Shown: positions 29,267 through 39,459 of the stretch, one piece after another
How the letters are laid out: each line of letters begins with the position of its first letter
Position numbering within the stretch: the first letter of the stretch is position 1
Source: a virus
Reading direction: 5' to 3' (one strand)
DNA length: 64,000 nt
IMG/VR virus record: IMGVR_UViG_3300032164_000004
Location: 1-64,000 of that record
Position numbers and translations under genes: made by a program
Notes under the pieces: model-generated
Told to the model about the DNA's origin: nothing
The model's input: only the letters and a program-made list of their open reading frames with translations
The model's database searches: none

Positions 29267-30985
29267 ATGATATTTTTTCAAAAAATTAAATGGTCTAATT
29301 TTTTATCTACTGGGAATCAACCTATCGAGATTGATTTAAATAAGCATTCTACTACCTTAATCTTAGGTGAAAATGGATCTGGAAAAAGCACATTATTATG
29401 TGCTTTAACCTTTGTATTATTTGGTAAACCATTTAGAAATATTAATAAACCTCAATTAGTTAATTCATTAAATCAGTCTGATTGTTTGGTTGAGATCTAT
29501 TTTATAATTGGTAAAAATGAATATTTTATTAGGAGGGGTTTAAAACCTAGTATCTTTGAAATTTATATCAATGAAAAATTAGTAAATCAAGATTCTAGGA
29601 TTAAAGATTATCAGGTTTATTTAGAAGAAAATATTTTAAAATTGAATTATAGGAGTTTTTGTCAAGTAGTGGTTTTAGGTAGTTCTACGTTCGTACCATT
29701 TATGCAACTGAAGGCATCCGATAGGAGATTTATTATTGAGGATTTGTTGGATATACAAATATTTTCTTACATGAATGGTATATTAAAACAAAAAATAATA
29801 GAATTAAGAGAACAATTTACTAAACTTGATAATGATATTTCCTTAATTGATGATAAAATTAAGTTACGGCGTCAATATGTGGAAGAATTACGGACTAATA
29901 ATAAAGAACGTATCTCAGTTTGTAATTCTAGTATGAAGGATAATAAACTAGACAAGGTTGTAAAACTTAAAGAAATAAAGGTCTTAGAAAAGGAAATAGA
30001 AAAATTAACCGTAAAGTGTGCTAATGAAGATTCTATTAGGGCTATAATTAGGAAATTAGAATTATTGGAAGACCAATTAACATCTTCTGCAAAGAAATTA
30101 GAAAAAGAGTTAATTTTTTTTGGAGATACTGAAGTATGTCCTACATGTAAACAGAATATTAATGATATGTTTAAGGTAGATATAATAACCGAAAAAAAAT
30201 TAAAATTAAAAGAAGTTAATTTGGCATTAGTTAAATTGGATAAGGATTTACAAAATAAGAGAAATATTTTAGATTTAATATGTGATATTTTAGGTCGAAT
30301 TGTTGATAAGAAAAAAGATATATCTAAAATAAATTCGTCCATTATAGCGATTGAATCCTATATGGAAAAAATTCAAAATGAAATAAAGGAATTATTATCT
30401 AAGAAAACTATTTCCGATAAGGATAAGAAGGAATTAAAGTTATTAGAAGCTGAACGAGAAGAATGTGTTAATGTTAAGGATAGGTTTTTTGAGGATAAAC
30501 ATTATTATGATCTAGTAGCACAGATGTTAAAGGATAGTGGTATAAAGACTCGGATCATAAGTCGTTATTTGCCTATTATTAATAAATCTGTAAATAAGTA
30601 TTTGAATCTTTTGGATTTCTTTGTTAATTTCACATTAGATGAAAATTTTAAGGAAATTATAAAGAGTCGAGGACGTGATGAATTTTCTTATGAATCTTTT
30701 TCGGAAGGTGAGAAATTACGGATAGATTTGAGTTTGTTGTTTACGTGGCGCGATATCTCAAAGATGAAAAATAGTGCAAATACCAATTTATTGATATTAG
30801 ATGAAATTTTTGATTCTTCATTGGATACCAATGGTACTGAAGATTTTTTAAAATTAATAGGCCAACTGAATACTAATATTAATATTTTTATTATAAGTCA
30901 TAAAGGAGATACGTTGCAAGATAAATTCCAAAATACCATTCGTTTTGTGAAGGTTAAGAATTTTTCTTTGTTAAAAAAGGAGTAA
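29267..30985 (+). CDS. gp46: Rad50-like ATPase (gp46)
   Basis: GENGSGKS, CPTC zinc hook, FSEGEK, LDEIFD. Confidence 0.96.
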   Translation: MIFFQKIKWSNFLSTGNQPIEIDLNKHSTTLILGENGSGKSTLLCALTFVLFGKPFRNINKPQLVNSLNQSDCLVEIYFIIGKNEYFIRRGLKPSIFEIYINEKLVNQDSRIKDYQVYLEENILKLNYRSFCQVVVLGSSTFVPFMQLKASDRRFIIEDLLDIQIFSYMNGILKQKIIELREQFTKLDNDISLIDDKIKLRRQYVEELRTNNKERISVCNSSMKDNKLDKVVKLKEIKVLEKEIEKLTVKCANEDSIRAIIRKLELLEDQLTSSAKKLEKELIFFGDTEVCPTCKQNINDMFKVDIITEKKLKLKEVNLALVKLDKDLQNKRNILDLICDILGRIVDKKKDISKINSSIIAIESYMEKIQNEIKELLSKKTISDKDKKELKLLEAEREECVNVKDRFFEDKHYYDLVAQMLKDSGIKTRIISRYLPIINKSVNKYLNLLDFFVNFTLDENFKEIIKSRGRDEFSYESFSEGEKLRIDLSLLFTWRDISKMKNSANTNLLILDEIFDSSLDTNGTEDFLKLIGQLNTNINIFIISHKGDTLQDKFQNTIRFVKVKNFSLLKKE

Positions 30986-30989
30986 AATA

Positions 30990-31262
30990 ATGTTGAATAT
31001 TAAAGATGAATGTGATATAATAGTAAAAGATGTATTGCGATATACTGCGGAGGTATTGAGAAATTTGATTGTTTCTGAAAAAACAGATGAGGAAAATGAA
31101 GTATTATCGATTTTATCTAAACAATGTGATGCGGTAGTAGGTATGTTAGATAGGTTGAAATATGTTGAGGGTGAGTATGAATATAGAAAGCGATTTAATC
31201 CAAACATGCGCTTTTATCGGTCTAAATTTAGAGTCTTTCCAAACCGCAATAAAAAAAATTAA
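30990..31262 (+). CDS. Hypothetical protein
   Basis: ORF with AAGGAG ribosome-binding site. Confidence 0.55.
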   Translation: MLNIKDECDIIVKDVLRYTAEVLRNLIVSEKTDEENEVLSILSKQCDAVVGMLDRLKYVEGEYEYRKRFNPNMRFYRSKFRVFPNRNKKN

Positions 31263-31584
31263 GACAGATAAGATAACTTTAGATTATAGGGATAATTGTA
31301 ATCCAAATAATCCAACACGAAATTATTGTTACGTTATTTCGGAATGTATTTTCCATTTCTTAGCACCTAAAGGGTCTTTTGCTTACCGAACTAATGTTCC
31401 AGACGATGAGTTGAATCATTATTACGTTGTTTGGCCTAATGGATTTATATGTGATTTAGCTCAAGGCCATTTGAAGAAATTTAACGCATCTATTTATGAT
31501 AACGGTAAGAAATGTGTGTTTAGACATCCCTCACCGTCGGTGGATGCAAAAAGGTTAGCAAAATTATTAGATATTGAGGATTAA
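31162..31584 (+). CDS. Hypothetical protein (Cys/His motifs NCY...E, H...D)
   Basis: ORF; start uncertain. Confidence 0.5.
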   Translation: MLRVSMNIESDLIQTCAFIGLNLESFQTAIKKIKTDKITLDYRDNCNPNNPTRNYCYVISECIFHFLAPKGSFAYRTNVPDDELNHYYVVWPNGFICDLAQGHLKKFNASIYDNGKKCVFRHPSPSVDAKRLAKLLDIED

Positions 31585-31792
31585 TATGAAGGTAGAGATT
31601 ACTATTACAGGTACGGGGGAATATAATGATGAATATACTATTCCTGCTTTTATTGCTGAAGTGGTCGATTTTATGAAAGATAGCGGATTTTCTAGGGAAT
31701 CATTCGCTCAAAGTGGAGTATTCCAACCAGAAGATGATGAAGTGAATTGGATGGGTGTATTCGAATTTGAGTATTTAAATGGCTATAATTAA
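31574..31792 (+). CDS. Small acidic hypothetical protein
   Basis: ORF packed between neighbours. Confidence 0.5.
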   Translation: MRINMKVEITITGTGEYNDEYTIPAFIAEVVDFMKDSGFSRESFAQSGVFQPEDDEVNWMGVFEFEYLNGYN

Positions 31793-32684
31793 ATCATTAT
31801 CGTTTAATGATGTTATGTTGGTTCCTAAAAGGAATTCAGTAAGTAGCCGTGCGGAAATTGATTTAAGTAGTAATATTGGAACTCTGGAGTTGGGTGTTCC
31901 AATTATTGCATCTAATATGTCATCCGTTTGTGGACCTAAAATGTGCGTTGCTATGCATAATGTTGGTGCATTAGGTATATTACATCGGATGTGTACTATC
32001 GATGAACAGATGGAGATGATGTGTGAAATACCAAATGATGTTAATTTTGGTATATCTTTTGGAATTGGTAAAGAATGGATAAATCGTATTCGGCTTATTG
32101 AAAGATTTAATAATAAGAGTAGAACTATTATTGCCTGTTTGGATGTAGCCCACGCTCATTCTGATAAAGTAATGGATATTATTGACGAATATTATAGGAA
32201 ATTTCCTTATAATTTAATTATAGGGAATATAGCTACAGTCAGAGCCGCATGTGATATTTATAGTATTATTCCAAAAGATAGAATAATGTCAACGGCTTTA
32301 AAGTGCGGAATCGGCGGAGGTTGTTTTACTTCGGATACAAATATTTTTACTATTACTGGTAATAAACGTATAATGGATATAGTTATTGGAGATTTTGTAT
32401 TATCTCATTCTGGTAAATTTGAAATGGTAATTGATACGTTAAGAAGGTCAGAAACCGAATGTTTATATAATATAAACCAAACTAAATGTACAAAAAACCA
32501 CGAATTTTTTGTGTTACATAAAAAATATGAACATATCATAACGGACAATAATTTAGAAGATTTTGCGGAATGGGTTTCGGCCGAAAAATTAAATGATGAT
32601 TACCTATTGATTGAAAGGTGTGAAAATTATAAATATGGTATGGGAGATGAATCTCTTATACCTTATGGAAAAAATAAAAGTTGA
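31779..32684 (+). CDS. guaB: IMPDH/GMP reductase family, N-part + N-intein (32322-32684)
   Basis: SFNDVMLVP, PIIASNM, LDVAHAHS, GIGGG|CFTSDTNI...CTKNHEF. Confidence 0.9.
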   Translation: MAIIKSLSFNDVMLVPKRNSVSSRAEIDLSSNIGTLELGVPIIASNMSSVCGPKMCVAMHNVGALGILHRMCTIDEQMEMMCEIPNDVNFGISFGIGKEWINRIRLIERFNNKSRTIIACLDVAHAHSDKVMDIIDEYYRKFPYNLIIGNIATVRAACDIYSIIPKDRIMSTALKCGIGGGCFTSDTNIFTITGNKRIMDIVIGDFVLSHSGKFEMVIDTLRRSETECLYNINQTKCTKNHEFFVLHKKYEHIITDNNLEDFAEWVSAEKLNDDYLLIERCENYKYGMGDESLIPYGKNKS

Positions 32685-33435
32685 ATGTGCTTGCGGTAAT
32701 TTAAAATTAATAGGAAAGTATTATTTTTCACATTATTATAAAAATAAATCTTTTGTTTGTGGATCATGTCGTCAAAAAGGAACAAATAATTCATTTTATG
32801 GAAAAACGCATTCTGAGGAATTAAAGAATAGATTAAGCACTGAACGACGAATTTCAAATCTAGGAAAAAATAACCCATTTTACGGAAGAACACATTCTGA
32901 AGAAACAAAAAAAATTTTATCGGACAAGAATAAAGAAAACCAAAAAGGAATATTAAATCCTTTTTATGGTAAAAAACATACGGTCGAATCTCGATTGAGG
33001 ATGAGTGAATCTCAAAAAAATTATTATAAAAACCATCCTGAAGCTAGAGAGGCTCAACGTATTCGTATATTAAAACGTATAGGTCAAAATAAATATTGTA
33101 TTACGAAAATAGAAAAAATAATTCGTAGTAAATTGGAATTATTAGGTGTAAATTTTAAGTATAATTTTATTTTGGATGGTAGGTTTCAATATGATTTTTT
33201 GATATATCCAAATATAATTTTAGAAGTACAGGGAGATTATTGGCATGGTAATCCTAAAATATACGGGAAAAATAAACGCCCATTAAATGAAAGACAATTA
33301 TTTAAAATTAAACGAGATAAATTGAAGAAGAAATATTCTGTAGAAAAAGGATATAAAATATTTTATATTTGGGAATCCGATATTAATAAAGGTATATTTG
33401 AAGAAATGGATTTATGCTTACAAAATTTAAATTAG
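32611..33435 (+). mobile_element. Free-standing NUMOD3 + Vsr-like endonuclease between the split-intein halves
   Basis: Three NPFYGKxHS repeats; YDF...ILEVQGDYWHG...IWESD; start probably 32664. Confidence 0.85.
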
Positions 33436-34043
33436 TTCCGATTACAAAAATAGAAAAAAAAGAATATGTTGGAGATGTTTTTGATTTAACGGTAAATAAT
33501 TCTCATTCATATTGTGCTAATAATAAAATAGTACATAATTCTTTATGTACAACCCGTATTAAAACTGGTTGCGGAATACCAACATTTCAGTCGATTATGG
33601 ATATATCCGGATATATGCGTACAGTTGGTGATCCTGTAGGTATTATCGCCGATGGCGGCATTAAATATTCTGGAGATGTGGTGAAGTGTTTAGCTGCTGG
33701 TGCGAGTGCGGTAATGGTTGGTAAATTATTTGCTGGTACGGATGAATCTCCTGGTTCGGTTATTAAAGCTGGTGATGGCGGACTTTATAAGATTTATAGA
33801 GGTAGTGCCTCATATGGTGATAAGAAACTTAGGGGTGAAGAAACAAATAATATTGAAGGTGAAGAAACGTTGGTACCGTATTCATATGAAAATGTATCGG
33901 ATATTATAAAAGATTTAAAGGATGGTTGTCGTTCTGGTTTCTCATACTGTGGCGCTTATAATATAACCGAGTTGCAGGAAAGAGCTGAATTCACCGAAAT
34001 TACTAACAGTGGCTACATAGAATCAACACCTCATGGGAGATAA
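33414..34043 (+). CDS. guaB: C-intein (33414-33539) + IMPDH/GMP reductase C-part
   Basis: VFDLTV...NKIVHN|SLCTTR, IIADGGI, YRGSAS. Confidence 0.9.
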   Translation: MLTKFKLVPITKIEKKEYVGDVFDLTVNNSHSYCANNKIVHNSLCTTRIKTGCGIPTFQSIMDISGYMRTVGDPVGIIADGGIKYSGDVVKCLAAGASAVMVGKLFAGTDESPGSVIKAGDGGLYKIYRGSASYGDKKLRGEETNNIEGEETLVPYSYENVSDIIKDLKDGCRSGFSYCGAYNITELQERAEFTEITNSGYIESTPHGR

Positions 34044-34045
34044 TT

Positions 34046-34210
34046 ATGAAATTTAAAGCTGAATTTGTTGTTAGTCCTTCTGGAACGTGGAAGATTTTGG
34101 TAGTTCCAGAAGATGAGTGCGCTAAAGGTTTAATAACGTTAGTTGATCCATTACAAATACGAGTTTCTAAACTCGGAGCAATGATAGAAATTAGCGTGTT
34201 GGGTTATTAA
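34046..34210 (+). CDS. Small hypothetical protein (54 aa)
   Basis: MKFKAEFVV...; GGAG ribosome-binding site; stop overlaps next ATG. Confidence 0.5.
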   Translation: MKFKAEFVVSPSGTWKILVVPEDECAKGLITLVDPLQIRVSKLGAMIEISVLGY

Positions 34211-35817
34211 TGTTAAATTATTGGACTAAAAATAATTTTATTATCGATGATCCTAAAATTAATCCAACATTTTATGAAATCCTTTCTATGAATGGGGTTC
34301 AATTAACTGAGTGGATTGATTTTATGCGTTCGGAAGTTTTACGTATATGGGATGAAGTTGATATACCACCACTTTCAGGAGCTTCCGAAGAAGAAATGAT
34401 ACAGGATTTTAGAGAAATGCAAGGTTTTCCTGTTTCTAAATTTCAAAGAACGGATGAATTAGATGGGCTGGATAATGTTATTTTGAATACGACATTAGGG
34501 TTGGGTTCGTGTGTTAATCAATGGTTTCCAACCATGATGAAATCAAAAATAAATTATAATACATCTATTAAAAATGGTGATAAATTTAATGGATATTCTG
34601 TGTATGATCTTTTTAAAGATCCTAGATTTAGACGTAGAATGCAATTAGGATGCCGAAGGCATTTTAGACGTGATAGCTTTTATCGATATTCTATAAGCAT
34701 CGAAAAAGAAACCGCCATGGGAATAGTACCATGTAAAACCGGATTAGATTGGATGAAAATTTTTCATAGTAATCCTAATATTTTTGAAGGTTATGATTTT
34801 TGGTTAAGTGAGGTTGATGTTACTAATGTAAAAGGATCTGGTTATACCGAAGTAAATCTTAATAAGTTTTTGTGGTTATCTAAAGATGAGGTGATATCTT
34901 CTTGGAAAGAAGGTTATTTAAATGATGCTTGTAGGATAGCTAATTTACCAAAGAAGTTGGATAACAACAAACAATATCACATTAGGTTCTTTAAAAAAGT
35001 AGATCGTTTATTTCCATTGGGTTTTACGGCGTTTAAGATTGGATATATTCAAGTCGCGGTAAATTTCCCTCCATTAACAGCGAAATATCTTTATGAAAAA
35101 TATACAGACCATATTAAAAAACAGAATCATATTATTTTATATGACCCTTCTTCAGGTTGGGGCGGACGTATTATTGGGGCTATGTCTGTTAGGGATCGCA
35201 ATATTCATTATGTTGGCACAGATCCTAACACAGATAATGTTGTGGATAAATCGAGTAGCCGCTATGAATTGGTAGCCAATTTTTTTAATAATGCCGTACT
35301 TTCAAATAGTTTGAGGAGTTTTTGGGGCGAAACAGGACACACATTTGAAGTTTTTCAAGAATGTGCGGAAGATATTCATAATAATCGGGATTTTAAAAAG
35401 TATAAAGGTAAATTGGATTTAGTGTTTACTAGTCCGCCGTATTTTAATAGAGAAGGATATTCAGAAGATAAGTCCCAATCGTTGTCGAAATATCCACAAT
35501 ATGATTCTTGGAGAGATAATTTTTTATATCCAACATTAAAAACTTGTGTTGAATATTTAAAGAAGGATAGATATTTACTTTGGAATATTGCAGATATTAA
35601 AGTTGGTAGTTTATATTATCCTTTAGAAGAAGATTCTAAGAAAATTCTTTTAGATTTAGGTATGGAATTTATTGGTATTGAGAAGATGTGTTTGATGTCC
35701 ATGCCTGGTTCCAATCGTATTGGTGATGATGGTAAACCAACAGCAAAGAATTTTTGTAAAGTAGAAGGTAAGTGGAGAAAATATGAACCAATCTTTGTCT
35801 TTAGAAAACCAAAATGA
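34210..35817 (+). CDS. Amino (N4-C/N6-A) DNA methyltransferase-like protein
   Basis: YDPSSGWGGR (motif I), GTDPN, FTSPPYF (motif IV). Confidence 0.8.
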   Translation: MLNYWTKNNFIIDDPKINPTFYEILSMNGVQLTEWIDFMRSEVLRIWDEVDIPPLSGASEEEMIQDFREMQGFPVSKFQRTDELDGLDNVILNTTLGLGSCVNQWFPTMMKSKINYNTSIKNGDKFNGYSVYDLFKDPRFRRRMQLGCRRHFRRDSFYRYSISIEKETAMGIVPCKTGLDWMKIFHSNPNIFEGYDFWLSEVDVTNVKGSGYTEVNLNKFLWLSKDEVISSWKEGYLNDACRIANLPKKLDNNKQYHIRFFKKVDRLFPLGFTAFKIGYIQVAVNFPPLTAKYLYEKYTDHIKKQNHIILYDPSSGWGGRIIGAMSVRDRNIHYVGTDPNTDNVVDKSSSRYELVANFFNNAVLSNSLRSFWGETGHTFEVFQECAEDIHNNRDFKKYKGKLDLVFTSPPYFNREGYSEDKSQSLSKYPQYDSWRDNFLYPTLKTCVEYLKKDRYLLWNIADIKVGSLYYPLEEDSKKILLDLGMEFIGIEKMCLMSMPGSNRIGDDGKPTAKNFCKVEGKWRKYEPIFVFRKPK

Positions 35818-36052
35818 TATTATAGATTCTATAGTAGATGAAGTTAAAATGGAAATGAAACGAGCCGTAGGTTTACACGGACCGATGCGCGGACCACACG
35901 AAGGATATGCTGTTCTTCTTGAAGAGGTAGACGAAGTGTGGGATTTAGTTAAGGGTTATCCTAAAAGAGCTACTAAGGCTAAAATGAGAAATGAAATGGT
36001 CCAAGTAGCTGCAATGGCTCTTAGATTCATTTATGATGTTTGTGATAATTAG
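35783..36052 (+). CDS. MazG-like NTP pyrophosphohydrolase
   Basis: HEGYAVLLEEVDE...EMVQVAAMA. Confidence 0.65.
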   Translation: MNQSLSLENQNDIIDSIVDEVKMEMKRAVGLHGPMRGPHEGYAVLLEEVDEVWDLVKGYPKRATKAKMRNEMVQVAAMALRFIYDVCDN

Positions 36053-36055
36053 AAA

Positions 36056-36670
36056 ATGGCTAATATTGGTTATGAAGTGGAATTTTGTCATGATTTAGAT
36101 AGAAAAGCCATAATAAAAGAATTAAAGTCTTTATTTCCTAAAGAAAAATGGTGTTCGTATAAACAGAGATATCTTTCTAGGATGAAAGAGGACGCCAAGT
36201 ATATGTTCACATTAGATTATGATTGGAGTATAGATGTTGATTTTGATAATCAACATCCATATGAGATTATAACTCCAGTTTGGCCTAAAACTACAAGTGT
36301 TTTAAATTTAATGAAGATTTTGGAATGGATTGAAGATAGCGGCGGAACAACTAATAAAACAACCTCTTTACATGTTAATATTGATGTTCCTTTAATGAAT
36401 AAAATTGATCCTATATCGTTGGTTGAATTAGTAAAAGAATATAAGTGGCTTAGGAAATTTAAAAGAATTAATAATATATTTTGTCTTCCTAATTATAAGA
36501 ATTTACCGGATATTGATTTAGAGGAGAAATTTCTCGCTATTAGTTTTCGTAATTTTCCTAAGTACTTGGAATTTAGAATGATAGGAGGTAAAGATTATCA
36601 TTTAAGAAATTTGGATATAATCGACGCTATTAATGCGTTTGTCGAGGCTATATTAAAGTCTAGACGGTAG
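36056..36670 (+). CDS. Putative amidoligase (COOH-NH2 ligase)
   Basis: GYEVEF, EIITP, TSLHVNI, EFRMIGG. Confidence 0.7.
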   Translation: MANIGYEVEFCHDLDRKAIIKELKSLFPKEKWCSYKQRYLSRMKEDAKYMFTLDYDWSIDVDFDNQHPYEIITPVWPKTTSVLNLMKILEWIEDSGGTTNKTTSLHVNIDVPLMNKIDPISLVELVKEYKWLRKFKRINNIFCLPNYKNLPDIDLEEKFLAISFRNFPKYLEFRMIGGKDYHLRNLDIIDAINAFVEAILKSRR

Positions 36671-36716
36671 TTGCTATTAATGATAAATTGTGTTATAATA
36701 GAATATGAGGTGAATT

Positions 36717-37073
36717 ATGAGTAAAAAGGTTGAAATGGAAAAGCGGTCCTACCTAACGAGAGTGGCAGAAGATACGTTTTCTTCATGTCTTAAGATTCTG
36801 GAAGCTAAAAATCACGATTATTCTAAGGGTGATGATGAATTTAGGAATTTTAAAATGATTGGGGTTTTGACGGACCGTATTAGTGTGGAAGATGGTATCT
36901 TAGTCCGTATAAGTGATAAGATTGCTAGAATAGCCAATCTTATGGATGGTACACAAGGACGAGTATTAGATGAAAAATTGGAAGATACTATTAGGGATGC
37001 TATAAATTATTTGGTTATTTTATTAGCATATTTATCATCAGTAAGATTATTTGAAAGAGGAGAGAAAATATGA
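36717..37073 (+). CDS. Nucleotide modification-associated domain (DUF1599/Nmad1-like)
   Basis: KNHDYS, RISDKIAR, EDTIRDAINY; promoter at 36671-36699. Confidence 0.7.
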   Translation: MSKKVEMEKRSYLTRVAEDTFSSCLKILEAKNHDYSKGDDEFRNFKMIGVLTDRISVEDGILVRISDKIARIANLMDGTQGRVLDEKLEDTIRDAINYLVILLAYLSSVRLFERGEKI

Positions 37074-37756
37074 AGTTGACACCCGATGCTGTTGTTATTT
37101 TAAAGAATTTTGCAGTTATTAACCAGAGTATGTTGTTTAAGAAAGGTAGTACGTTGAGTACTATTTCAGGACAAAAAAATACTTTGGCATTTGCAAAAGT
37201 GAAAGATAAGTTTCCCAAGGAATTTGCCATATATGATTTAAATACATTATTGAGCATATTAAGTTTGTATTCTGATCCTAATATCGAAATCAAAGACAAC
37301 CATCTTGAGATTTCTGGTGGGGAAACAAAATCATCCGTTAAGTTTTATTTTTCGGATCCATCTATGATTGTTCTTCCACCGGAAGATATTTCTAAGATGG
37401 AAAAGGTTATTAAATCTGCTGAAATTAATTTTAAATTTACCGAAGATGTTTTTCAAGCTATTCTAAAGGCTTCTGCTGTTTTAGGATCTCCTGAAATTGC
37501 CATAGAAAGTGATGGAAAAACTATTGATTTAGTTGCTCAGGATGTAAAGAATAGTACTTCGAATAGTTATTCGGTTAATGTTGGTGAAGGTAATGGTACC
37601 ACATTTAAGATGATATTTAAGACCGATGCTTTAAAAATGCTTAAAGGATCTTATGATGTTAGTGTATCATCTGCTGGTATTTCTCATTTTAAGAATACTG
37701 AAATAGATTTGCAGTATTATATTTCGTTGGAAGCAACTTCGGTTTATATTACTTAG
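37070..37756 (+). CDS. gp45: Sliding clamp (gp45)
   Basis: ILKNFAVINQS, FAIYDLN, YYISLE. Confidence 0.95.
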   Translation: MKLTPDAVVILKNFAVINQSMLFKKGSTLSTISGQKNTLAFAKVKDKFPKEFAIYDLNTLLSILSLYSDPNIEIKDNHLEISGGETKSSVKFYFSDPSMIVLPPEDISKMEKVIKSAEINFKFTEDVFQAILKASAVLGSPEIAIESDGKTIDLVAQDVKNSTSNSYSVNVGEGNGTTFKMIFKTDALKMLKGSYDVSVSSAGISHFKNTEIDLQYYISLEATSVYIT

Positions 37757-37767
37757 TTAATCCAAAT

Positions 37768-37844
37768 GGGGATGTTGACAAGTGGTTTAAGTCGCCGGCC
37801 CTTCAAGCCGGTTATCGTGGGTTCGAATCCCATCATCCCTACCA
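37768..37844 (+). tRNA. tRNA-Glu(TTC), C33
   Basis: Cloverleaf; ccggc-CCTTCAA-gccgg; CCA encoded. Confidence 0.88.
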
Positions 37845-37863
37845 TTTAAATCAAAAGGATATT

Positions 37864-38319
37864 ATGAGTTTAATTATTGATCCGGGTACGTTATCCGAAA
37901 ATAAAATTACTTCAAAGATGTTAAGGGGATTACCAATTCCTCCGCCATCTGTTGTTGTTGTTAAGTCCTTGAATAAAAAGCAAACAGATCCAGGATCACC
38001 GAAAAAAATCAGTAAGAAACTACACTGTATACATTGTGGAAGATTACGTGATGTTAAATTATCGACGGTAGCATTAAATTTGGATGGTAAAGTTTCGATG
38101 ATTTATCTTAGGGTGAAGAAGTTAAAGCGGTCTTTGAGAGAACGAAAAAAGATGAATATTCCGCCTTATTTCGTGGGTACGTGCGGAATATGTTTGGCAA
38201 ATACTTATTATAAACTTAATCGAAATAATAAGTTTGAAGTGGAACAAAATTATAATGAAGAGGTGACAAATGCGTCCTCAGGTTTTATGGGTGGAGAAGT
38301 ACCGGCCAACCAAGATTGA
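37864..38319 (+). CDS. Basic zinc-ribbon protein
   Basis: CIHC...CGIC. Confidence 0.5.
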   Translation: MSLIIDPGTLSENKITSKMLRGLPIPPPSVVVVKSLNKKQTDPGSPKKISKKLHCIHCGRLRDVKLSTVALNLDGKVSMIYLRVKKLKRSLRERKKMNIPPYFVGTCGICLANTYYKLNRNNKFEVEQNYNEEVTNASSGFMGGEVPANQD

Positions 38320-39214
38320 AGATTGTATTCTTCCTGAATCAATCAAAAAAACTTTCAGAGACATTGTAGCCAGTGGCGATCTCCCGACAAATTTTTTATT
38401 TAGTGGAGGTGCCGGCGTAGGTAAAACTACCGTTGCTCGCGCCTTAGCTAATGAATTGGGATTAGATTGTATGGTAGTTAATGCTAGTCAAGATGGTAAT
38501 ATCGACACTTTGAGAACTAAAATCCAACAGTTTGCTAGTACGGTTTCTCTTGTTGGCGGTAGGAAGATTCTTATTTTAGATGAAGCGGATTATTTAAATC
38601 CTAATTCTACACAACCCGCTTTACGTGGGTTTATGGAAGAATTTGCTCGCAATACGAGTTTTATTTTGACTTGTAATTTTAAGAATCGAATCATTACTCC
38701 AATTTCTGGTTCTAGATGTTCGGTTATTGAGTTTCGTATACCTTTTGCGGATCGCCCGAAGTTGGCTGGTCAGTTTATGAAACGGGTAAAGTATATTTTA
38801 GCTCAAGAGAAGGTTGAATATACTGAAGCTGTTGTGGTCGAATTGATTAAGAAATTCTTTCCTGATTTTAGGCGAGTATTAAATGAGTTACAGAGATATT
38901 CTGTTGGTGGTAAAATTGATGAGGGTTTGTTATCACAAATAAGTGATATAGCTCTTAGTGAATTGATTAAATCCTTAAGGGAAAAGAATTTTGATAAGGT
39001 AAGAAAGTGGGTTGCTCAAAACGTAGATAATGATCCTACTAGAATATTTAGGTCTTTGTATGATTCTTTGTATAGTGAGCTTATTGAAGCATCTATACCA
39101 CCGGCCATATTAATTTTAGCGGATTATCAATATAAAGCCGCGTTCGTGGCCGATATTGAGATAAATCTAGTGGCAGCATTGATTCAAATAATGGTGGAAT
39201 GTGAATTTAAATGA
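38270..39214 (+). CDS. gp44: Clamp loader large subunit (gp44)
   Basis: WVEKYRP, GVGKTT, LDEAD, SRC. Confidence 0.96.
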   Translation: MRPQVLWVEKYRPTKIEDCILPESIKKTFRDIVASGDLPTNFLFSGGAGVGKTTVARALANELGLDCMVVNASQDGNIDTLRTKIQQFASTVSLVGGRKILILDEADYLNPNSTQPALRGFMEEFARNTSFILTCNFKNRIITPISGSRCSVIEFRIPFADRPKLAGQFMKRVKYILAQEKVEYTEAVVVELIKKFFPDFRRVLNELQRYSVGGKIDEGLLSQISDIALSELIKSLREKNFDKVRKWVAQNVDNDPTRIFRSLYDSLYSELIEASIPPAILILADYQYKAAFVADIEINLVAALIQIMVECEFK

Positions 39215-39405
39215 TAAATGATAAATGTTCTCGTTGCGGTAGACGAACTAATTATTTAATGGGATTAAATGAGTGTATGCGTTGTTACCAAGCATATTCT
39301 CATTTAACTCCACCGGAGGGATTAAAGATATATAAATATTTTATAGATACTATAGCAGAAAGTAATCCTATGGTTCAAAGTGTTGAATGGGTGGAAAAAT
39401 TATAA
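39211..39405 (+). CDS. Small zinc-finger hypothetical protein
   Basis: CSRC...CMRC; ATGA overlap. Confidence 0.5.
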   Translation: MINDKCSRCGRRTNYLMGLNECMRCYQAYSHLTPPEGLKIYKYFIDTIAESNPMVQSVEWVEKL

Positions 39406-39459
39406 TTAATTGAAAGTGGGAGGTAAATTGAGAGTTACCTATATTATGAAAAATTATGA

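Noticed and set aside
37768-37844. Opal suppressor or Sec tRNA (TCA)
   Set aside because: Stem register ccggc/gccgg places TTC at 34-36; no long variable arm
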